From: Verrucomicrobiota bacterium
GTDB lineage: Bacteria > Verrucomicrobiota > Verrucomicrobiia > Opitutales > Cerasicoccaceae
Reading direction: 5' to 3'
NCBI GenBank assembly: GCA_039818205.1
Contig: JBCBUK010000032.1
Location: 1-15,676 of the forward strand
Length of the DNA: 15,676 bases
Shown: piece after piece, positions 7,186 to 13,439 of the stretch
How the letters are laid out: each line of letters opens with the position of its first letter
How positions within the stretch are numbered: the stretch's first letter is position 1
Program-made: the position numbers and the translations under genes
The notes under the pieces: generated by a model
What the model was told of the DNA's origin: nothing
The model's database searches: none
The model's input: only the letters and a program-made list of their open reading frames with translations

Positions 7186-8932
7186 TCTCGGAATACTGCT
7201 CGCCAAAGATCCCGAGCATCGAGGCGCAAACGACCTGCATCTTCTCGCAGTCGAAAAAGTGGTCGTCATCCTTGGCCCGGTACCATTCCCAAACCAGGGA
7301 GTTATCGCTGTTTCGCGTTTTGCTCCGACGGACCCAAGAATTCAATTGATCGATATACGTCTTAGGCACATCATCAGCATGTGTCCATAGGCGCTTGGGG
7401 TCACCGATGCTGCGCAGCGTAACCAAGCGATTGCGGGCGGGCGGCTCAGAATATGGAAACTCCATCGCATAGCGAGAGCCTTGGCTAGTGGTTCCTTCCC
7501 AGGCATCTATAAACCGCGCCGGCGCGTACATCCGTCGGACTTTATCCTCGTGGAGATAAGTTTTCTCAGTGTCACCGATAAACACCGCCCAACCATAGGA
7601 AGCCGCCAAGCGGCGGACGTTGTCTGTGTTGTAGTTGCCATCCAGGAAGACCCGACAGTTTCCAGCCATATCGGGATCAAGCGTTGGAATCGCCCAGCGC
7701 TTCACCGCCTCATGAATCGGCTCTAGAGTCAGGACCCGTTCACAAGCAAGCAAACGACTTTCCGCCGTCACCTGATCCCACGCCCGGGCCACAAAGTAGT
7801 AATGGTCCTGTTGAACGTCGATCGTGATAAACGTGAACCAACCCTCGGGTGGATCTTCGCCTAGCTTGTAACCGCCCGCGGCGCGCTCAGGAGCCGCGGA
7901 TGGGATGTAGCGGTGCTCACTCCAGGATTCCCCCAACTGCTTACGCACAAAGTTTTCGAGTAGTTCCAGGTTGCCGCGATCCTTGGCGAAGATCGCTTTC
8001 GCCCAGAGTTCAACGAGATCCGGCCAAGGAACATGCAAAATTGCATTATATTGAAACCATTCCACCCGCCCATCACTGTCAGGATTAAGCGAGATATAGC
8101 GGCCCGTGTCGTTTAGGCGAACCAACACCCCATCATACCAATCGATCTTTTTCTCGCAGTGCTCGCAAACGTAGCCAACACTTGAGCGAAGCGCTTGCCA
8201 ATCCATCGTCCCGTCGGGTCGAATGCAACTCTTAGGGTCGCGAAACTCCATGCCGCCACGCGGCACCTCACCATTCTCATCAGCAGGCCAAGACCAACGC
8301 ACTTGCATCATTTCACCACAACAGGGGCATTCCCAATGCGCCCACCGTTGAGTTGATTCTGCGTAGAGCTCGTGCAGCTCGCTCCCTTCAGTCGGACCAC
8401 TGCTCGGGATAAACACTTGGCGGGACCAAGGGTAGCTCGTTAGCCGGTCAAATATTTGCTTCATCCATCCCGGGTCATAGCTCCAGGCCTCATCGAGCAC
8501 CACGCGCTCTAGGGTCTTGGAATTCCGATTGGACAGCACCGCCGCCGACAGGAGCAGAATCGACCCGTAAACAGTTTTGATCCGCTCCTTAGTGAACCCG
8601 CTTCGATCGTTTGGAATGATCCTGAAGAACGCCAAGGCTTCCTTAACCAAGGAAGAAAATTTCAAGTTGTAGAAATCATCAATCGCATCCAACGAGCGAT
8701 CGTAATATGCCGATCGACCCGGAGCAATAAAGGCCATGAAGATCAAAAAAAGCTGCGCGGTCAGCGTCTTGATAAACTGAACGGATCCACAGAGCACCGT
8801 GATCCCGCCGCGCTTCTCACACGCAATCCGCAAAGGCCCAACAAGCCAAGGATGCTTGCGACGATCAAATTTGCCGTAGTCAAGCGCGATGTGCTTTTCG
8901 CACCAAGCAACCGGATCCTTAATCCGAAGCAT
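7181..8932 (-). CDS. terL: Terminase large subunit, lambda GpA family
   Basis: N-terminal PVAWCEKHI, variant Walker A GSVQFIKT, Walker B VVLDE, CPCCG...CEHC zinc-binding pair, nuclease TIDVQ, C-terminal DHFFDCEKMQ. GGAGG lies 9 nt before ATG 8932. Confidence 0.92.
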   Translation of the reverse strand: MLRIKDPVAWCEKHIALDYGKFDRRKHPWLVGPLRIACEKRGGITVLCGSVQFIKTLTAQLFLIFMAFIAPGRSAYYDRSLDAIDDFYNLKFSSLVKEALAFFRIIPNDRSGFTKERIKTVYGSILLLSAAVLSNRNSKTLERVVLDEAWSYDPGWMKQIFDRLTSYPWSRQVFIPSSGPTEGSELHELYAESTQRWAHWECPCCGEMMQVRWSWPADENGEVPRGGMEFRDPKSCIRPDGTMDWQALRSSVGYVCEHCEKKIDWYDGVLVRLNDTGRYISLNPDSDGRVEWFQYNAILHVPWPDLVELWAKAIFAKDRGNLELLENFVRKQLGESWSEHRYIPSAAPERAAGGYKLGEDPPEGWFTFITIDVQQDHYYFVARAWDQVTAESRLLACERVLTLEPIHEAVKRWAIPTLDPDMAGNCRVFLDGNYNTDNVRRLAASYGWAVFIGDTEKTYLHEDKVRRMYAPARFIDAWEGTTSQGSRYAMEFPYSEPPARNRLVTLRSIGDPKRLWTHADDVPKTYIDQLNSWVRRSKTRNSDNSLVWEWYRAKDDDHFFDCEKMQVVCASMLGIFGEQYSES

Positions 8933-9632
8933 TCTCAACGACCTCCAGATAGCTGGATTCAGCATCCAGGATGATCTTCACAAACCACTCCGGCAGCGCG
9001 GGTGAACCCTGCACCCGCGCTGCCCTTTTCAGTGGATCGAACAAGCAACGATATAGAATTCTTGGCTTCAGTTCTGCGTAAACCTCGGCCGGGAAATCGA
9101 CCACCGCCAAACGTTCACAAACATCATGCAGCAACATCTCAACAGATGCCGTGCCCGCCGAGGCAAAGGCAAAAACCAATCGTTCAACCTCCTCACGCGG
9201 AAGTAGCTCCCCCCGATCAACGCCCATCTTTTTGGCGTGCGCTTCCGACTTTTGAATTTGCGCGTCGACCTTCAAAAAAGCTTCCCGGGACCCTTTCGCC
9301 CGGACCTCATCCCGCTCCTGTTCTGCCCACTTGGTTAACTCAAAGTAGTATTCGCGGAGCGCATACACGTCACCGCCTGATTCCATCGAAGGAGGAGGCG
9401 AAGCCGCCGCGCTGGCGTCATCCGATGCGTCAGGCTGTCCCGCGCGATCATTTGCCAATATCCGGCGAGCGCGGGCCAAGGCACTAGCCGACGGACGTTT
9501 CATTTGCAATATCACGTGGGCCATCGCCTTGTCGTTGTCGACGGGATGTCCTGCCTTGATCCACTTCTGGGCAGTCCGGAGACCGACGCCCCAAGCGTCT
9601 GCAACTTTCGCCGATAATAAATCCTTTTCCAT
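8919..9632 (-). CDS. Terminase small subunit (Nu1-like, N-terminal winged HTH)
   Basis: Directly upstream of and overlapping terL. HTH-like KVADAWGVGLRTAQKWIKAGHP and RGELLPREEV motif typical of Nu1-like proteins. Alternative GTG start at 9635. Confidence 0.75.
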   Translation of the reverse strand: MEKDLLSAKVADAWGVGLRTAQKWIKAGHPVDNDKAMAHVILQMKRPSASALARARRILANDRAGQPDASDDASAAASPPPSMESGGDVYALREYYFELTKWAEQERDEVRAKGSREAFLKVDAQIQKSEAHAKKMGVDRGELLPREEVERLVFAFASAGTASVEMLLHDVCERLAVVDFPAEVYAELKPRILYRCLFDPLKRAARVQGSPALPEWFVKIILDAESSYLEVVENASD

Positions 9633-9640
9633 CACCTACT

Positions 9641-9744
9641 TAACGAATTCCCTAACGAAACGAACGAACTTTCAGAACATCAAACGCACAAAAAAACGCA
9701 CGGAGTCGCCTAACCTCGTGAGAAATAATCATGCAATAGATTCC
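9641..9744 (-). other. Candidate cos-type packaging site
   Basis: Just upstream of terS: GGAATCT, 17 nt, then a 22-bp partial dyad CACGAGGTTAGGCGACTCCGTG, followed by short repeats (AAACGCAC x2 and AACGAA x4 on the + strand). The layout resembles lambda cosQ-cosN-cosB. Confidence 0.45.
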
Positions 9745-10247
9745 TTACCGGGGGGCCTTAGCACGATCTCGAGCCGACGGCTCAATCCCTCCATCGCCAG
9801 GCGTTCGCCCGGGTTGAAGTCTTCGGTTCGACCAAGGTAAGCCATGAGCTTATTGATCCACTGCATATGCTGCGGACAATGCGTCACGCGCTCCTCGGCT
9901 GGTGGCTTCTCCGACTTCGGAACGACGCCGAGGTTCAAGGCTAACTGTCTTGGATCCGCAGTGAGTGCGCGTTCATACTTGCAAGAACGCTTGAGGAAGT
10001 CTTCCCCGAGCTCGGCTTGCAACCATGCCCGATACCCCTTTGCACCGGTGATAGTCTTGACTTGACCCAGTAGGGCGCCAACCCCCCTCGCCTCCAGCAC
10101 CACCTGGGCGGCCATCTCGTGACACTCGTTGATGCGTGAGCAAAGCGCCTCATCCGCTTGGCGAATGGCTGGCGCTAGTTCCTCGAGTGTCGTTCCCAAC
10201 GTCGAGTCACCCACTATCTCAACCGCTACACATTCCGCTTCTTGCAT
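9729..10247 (-). CDS. Phage hypothetical protein, DUF3102-like
   Basis: INECHEM...EARGVGALLGQVK...GYRAWL resembles the DUF3102 pattern. Overlaps the upstream gene, with GAGGG before the ATG. Confidence 0.6.
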   Translation of the reverse strand: MQEAECVAVEIVGDSTLGTTLEELAPAIRQADEALCSRINECHEMAAQVVLEARGVGALLGQVKTITGAKGYRAWLQAELGEDFLKRSCKYERALTADPRQLALNLGVVPKSEKPPAEERVTHCPQHMQWINKLMAYLGRTEDFNPGERLAMEGLSRRLEIVLRPPGKESIA

Positions 10248-10585
10248 TCCCTCACCTTTGGTCGATGGTTAATGTTTCGAACGCCGAACATTTCCCGTAG
10301 TTCTTCGTCCGCCTCTTGTATGGCTGCGCGCGTCAACTTGGAGCGCCGAGCGATATCGGAAAAGTTTTTGAAGCCGGGCACCTCCAGCCCGAGGTTGATT
10401 CCGAGCAGAATCACCCGAGCGCCAATTGACACCAAACTACCACCACTGAGTAACCAATAAATCAAGCGAGACACCACAGCGGCGGCTTCGCGTTCGGGTT
10501 CATTTTTTGGCTCGATGTGATCCACTGGATCATCGAGGTAAGACGGCTCCCGACAGTCTTCCAAACTGACTTCGTTTTGATTCAT
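10226..10585 (-). CDS. Small protein with a C-terminal helix-turn-helix (sigma region-4-like), putative transcription regulator
   Basis: NFSDIARRSKLTRAAIQEADEELRE fits an HTH pattern. AAAGGGG upstream. First gene after the replication module. Confidence 0.65.
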   Translation of the reverse strand: MNQNEVSLEDCREPSYLDDPVDHIEPKNEPEREAAAVVSRLIYWLLSGGSLVSIGARVILLGINLGLEVPGFKNFSDIARRSKLTRAAIQEADEELREMFGVRNINHRPKVRECKKRNV

Positions 10586-10607
10586 AAATTCAACCCCTTT
10601 AGGCCCA

Positions 10608-10867
10608 ATGACGGCATGACGGCATATCCGCTATACTTATCTCTATACACACACACGCGTATATATTTTGTATATTGATTTACTGTCATGCTGTCATTTT
10701 CCCTTCTATACCGCATAAACTCTGGACACTTTTGTGACGGCATGGGTCAAACCTCACTGTCATGCCGTCACGATTTCCGGCGTTTTCGACGCATTTGTGC
10801 CGATCGCCACTCAATTTGCGACCGACCAAAAACACCCATGACAGCAACTTGCCCAAATCATGACGGG
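10608..10867. repeat. Iteron-like 8-bp repeats (RTGACRGB) in both orientations around an AT-rich tract; putative replication origin
   Basis: Nine copies: + strand at 10608, 10616, 10734, 10838, 10860; - strand at 10682, 10690, 10756, 10764. Lies in the largest intergenic gap, directly downstream of the helicase gene. Confidence 0.7.
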
Positions 10868-10897
10868 AATTTCGCGCCGAATGCCACACCTCCATCA

Positions 10898-12421
10898 TCA
10901 TTTCCCCACCGTTTCCACGAGTTCATCCCGGGCGTGCACATTGGAATTTTGGCTCAAATACCAAATACGTTTGCTCGAATAGCGCTTCATATACGCGCGC
11001 TCCGGATAGCGTGATTCAATGGCCTTCAGGTGCCGCCCAAACCACGCTGCGCTCATGCGGTTGATCTCCATTTGCGTAAGGTTCCATTCTTCCTTGTTGG
11101 TCCGGAACACTTCGATCAAGTCCTGGCACGTGCCCGCCCAGCACTGCGACGGCATCTCCATGCGGTTAAAGGAATTCTGCCGGGTCGGCTTAAGGATAGT
11201 TGCCTCGAGCAGCGCCCACAGCTCAGCCCAGGGCGTCAATTCGTCCATCAGATCCACGATCTCCGGGTGATGCCACGGAATGACGGGAAATCGATTCGTC
11301 GGCCCATACTTCTCCGGCAGCTCAAAGCGGTTCAGGAGCCAATCGACAAAGAATGGCAGCTCATACATTACCGCCTTCCAGAAAAGCCGTTGCTGGGCCG
11401 TGGTCGTCGTCGGCATGGGCATATCTGCCCGATACCCTTTCAGCACCACGCACTTATCGTGAATCATGTCCATGGGCGGCAATACGCGCAAACTATCCTG
11501 GTCGACATTGCACACCATCACCACCCGCCAGAGCGGGTCCAGTTCCAGCGCATCGGTCCCCTTCCCTTCGCACCGGCCAGCCGACCCCACCACCAATTGC
11601 TTGGTAATCTGCGCCAGGTAGGCCCGGCTTTTTATATCGGTCTTGTCAGCCTCATCATCAACCAAGAGCAGCGGACTTTGAAACAGGTCCTTGTTAAAGC
11701 CACTTTCCCCCGTCATCCACTTATAGGGAAACCCGCGGCGCCGGCCGGTCGTAATGCGGAGCATCTCCGTAAACCGGGTCTTACCGCAGTTCCACTCGCC
11801 CGCCATAAACAGCGCCGGGCTTTTCGGTGGACCATAGCGCGTATCCACACCCCGATAAACCGCCTGCAGGAAATCACGCCACCAGCCAAACACAATACCG
11901 AGTTGGCTCAGGCGTTCGCCATGCTCATCGGGCGGGCTCACAAATAGATTCGTGAGAAATCGGGAAATGATGGGCCAGCCTTCGGCCGCAGGCTCGGATT
12001 CATCCACCACACGCCGCCAGGCCTTCTCGCTCTCTGCGAGTTGCGCCTCTGGCACGCCTACCCCATCAAAGAGCGCTTGGCGCTCGGCGTACTGCCAGCC
12101 ATCGCCCGCGCATTGCGGCTCGATCAGCTCCGCCTCCCGGGGGCACAACACCCGCCGACCGCCGATCGTGTGCAGCCCGGTCTTGTATCCGGCTATCTCC
12201 CCCACGAAATCGACCGTGCGATTCGTTTCAACATCCGTCAGCACCCGGTCCGCGGGCGACAGCACGACGCCCTCCGCGCGTTCTTCCTTCGTCAGCGAAG
12301 TGCGAAAGCCCTGCATGAGTAGCCACCGCCGCATCGACTGCTCCGGCTTGCTCACCCATTCGTCGTTTTCATTCAAATGCCAAAAGCGCCGCGCGTCGTG
12401 ATAAATTTCCAGTTCCGCCAT
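10898..12421 (-). CDS. P-loop NTPase, SF3/D5-like replicative helicase (primase-associated type)
   Basis: Walker A GEWNCGKT, FNKDL, Walker B LLLVDDE, EGKGTDA, VMVCN (sensor/motif C). Near the primase gene and the repeat-rich origin candidate. Confidence 0.8.
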   Translation of the reverse strand: MAELEIYHDARRFWHLNENDEWVSKPEQSMRRWLLMQGFRTSLTKEERAEGVVLSPADRVLTDVETNRTVDFVGEIAGYKTGLHTIGGRRVLCPREAELIEPQCAGDGWQYAERQALFDGVGVPEAQLAESEKAWRRVVDESEPAAEGWPIISRFLTNLFVSPPDEHGERLSQLGIVFGWWRDFLQAVYRGVDTRYGPPKSPALFMAGEWNCGKTRFTEMLRITTGRRRGFPYKWMTGESGFNKDLFQSPLLLVDDEADKTDIKSRAYLAQITKQLVVGSAGRCEGKGTDALELDPLWRVVMVCNVDQDSLRVLPPMDMIHDKCVVLKGYRADMPMPTTTTAQQRLFWKAVMYELPFFVDWLLNRFELPEKYGPTNRFPVIPWHHPEIVDLMDELTPWAELWALLEATILKPTRQNSFNRMEMPSQCWAGTCQDLIEVFRTNKEEWNLTQMEINRMSAAWFGRHLKAIESRYPERAYMKRYSSKRIWYLSQNSNVHARDELVETVGK

Positions 12422-12442
12422 TACCGTGTCAAATTCGTCAAC
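12419..12442 (-). promoter_or_regulatory. GTTGAC-N15-ATG motif (copy 5)
   Basis: GTTGAC GAATTTGACACGGTA ATG. The first G is the last base of the upstream TAG, and a second TTGAC is nested in the spacer. Confidence 0.6.
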
Positions 12443-13389
12443 TATTCAAATTTCTCCGCTAAGGACTCTCCATGCCGTTGCCGCCACTGCTGGAACTTGT
12501 CCATTTCCAAGGGCTCTAAGTCGGTCCACCCGATGGCCCACCCCATTAGCCACTCGACCCACGGCGGGTTCAGACTCCCACCAACTCGCGTTTCCTCCGT
12601 TGAAAGGGCATTGCAAAGCCTCACCTGCTGACCCTTCGCCTTCCGCTCTTGGGCTGTTCTCTTGTTCCAGCCCGTGCCATCGCTCGCGGTCGGAGTCGGT
12701 AGATACTTTGGACGCTTCGGATCGTTCACGGAGTATTGCGCTTGGATCATGTCGCCCATCGTCATCATTGAGCTTGTCGGCGTTGGCCAGAGTTTCACGG
12801 CTGTCGCAAGGTTCGGGCCCTTGCCACCCCCGCGCTCTGACCTCGGTAGGGCCCGAGTATGGGCAAAACGCTTCAAATTCTTCTCTGGCTCCATCGCGCA
12901 GGGCGTTGGCCACAATCCAGATTCGGTCTCGCTTGTGAGGGGCACCGACGTGATGCGCTCCCACAATTCCCCATCGCGCATCATACCCCATTTGGGCAAG
13001 GTCAGCGAGGACCATTCCAAGGCCTCGGGAAACAAGCAGTGGTGAGTTTTCCACGAACACATATCGCGGTCGAACGTCACGGACAATCCGCGCCATCTCG
13101 GCCCAGAGTCCGGAGCGTTCTCCGCCGATTCCTGCGCCTTTTCCCGCGGCGCTGATGTCCTGGCAGGAAAAGCCGCCCGAAACGACGTCAACAAGGCCTC
13201 GCCATGGTCGACCGTCAAAGCTTCCCACGTCAGACCAAATTGGGAAAGGCGGGAGAACTCCGTCGTTTTGTCTCTGTGCCAAAATGGATGCGGCGTAGAG
13301 ATCACGTTCAACGGCGCAGATGCACCGCCATCCGAGCAACTCGCCTCCGAGTATTCCGCCACCAGCGCCTGCGAAAAGAGCCAACTCAT
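12442..13389 (-). CDS. C5 cytosine methyltransferase 'beta' polypeptide (motif IX plus putative target-recognition repeats), in an alternative frame inside the alpha gene
   Basis: 315-aa open frame with LWPTP/LWPTP/YLPTP repeats and LNPPWVEWLMGWAIGWTD, equivalent to C5-MTase motif IX, which the alpha frame lacks. Confidence 0.8.
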   Translation of the reverse strand: MSWLFSQALVAEYSEASCSDGGASAPLNVISTPHPFWHRDKTTEFSRLSQFGLTWEALTVDHGEALLTSFRAAFPARTSAPREKAQESAENAPDSGPRWRGLSVTFDRDMCSWKTHHCLFPEALEWSSLTLPKWGMMRDGELWERITSVPLTSETESGLWPTPCAMEPEKNLKRFAHTRALPRSERGGGKGPNLATAVKLWPTPTSSMMTMGDMIQAQYSVNDPKRPKYLPTPTASDGTGWNKRTAQERKAKGQQVRLCNALSTEETRVGGSLNPPWVEWLMGWAIGWTDLEPLEMDKFQQWRQRHGESLAEKFE

Positions 13390-13393
13390 TCAC
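12446..13393 (-). CDS. DNA (cytosine-5)-methyltransferase 'alpha' polypeptide
   Basis: Motif I LFAGAGG, IV GGFSCQD, VI VENS, VIII PHKRDRIWIVA, X RLRALGNGQVP. Likely GTG start at 13393 (MNELALF); the track start is 13414. Confidence 0.92.
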   Translation of the reverse strand: MNELALFAGAGGGILGGELLGWRCICAVERDLYAASILAQRQNDGVLPPFPIWSDVGSFDGRPWRGLVDVVSGGFSCQDISAAGKGAGIGGERSGLWAEMARIVRDVRPRYVFVENSPLLVSRGLGMVLADLAQMGYDARWGIVGAHHVGAPHKRDRIWIVANALRDGAREEFEAFCPYSGPTEVRARGWQGPEPCDSRETLANADKLNDDDGRHDPSAILRERSEASKVSTDSDRERWHGLEQENSPRAEGEGSAGEALQCPFNGGNASWWESEPAVGRVANGVGHRVDRLRALGNGQVPAVAATAWRVLSGEI

Positions 13394-13439
13394 CGCGCCG
13401 CCGTTTCTCTTCACAGACTGGATATTGCCTTAGTACCAT
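13386..13439 (-). CDS. 17-aa mini-ORF (MVLRQYPVCEEKRRRGE), putative translational coupler
   Basis: Its start overlaps the primase stop (TGATG) and its stop overlaps the beta-MTase start (ATGA). Confidence 0.4.
   Translation of the reverse strand: MVLRQYPVCEEKRRRGE

Noticed and set aside
7165..7269. Longer N-termini given by the ORF track (7269, 5268, 8965, 13414)
   Set aside because: Downstream starts fit better, based on overlap, RBS, the GTTGAC motif or the typical family N-terminus.
10608..10867. CRISPR array interpretation of the repeats
   Set aside because: Repeats are only 8-11 bp, irregularly spaced and in both orientations, and there are no cas genes.
10686..11014. ORFs 10686..10901 (-) and 10688..11014 (+)
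   Set aside because: They run across the repeat array of the putative origin and have no recognisable features.
11030..11947. 305-aa + ORF
   Set aside because: Antisense shadow of the helicase gene in GC-rich DNA; composition is not protein-like.
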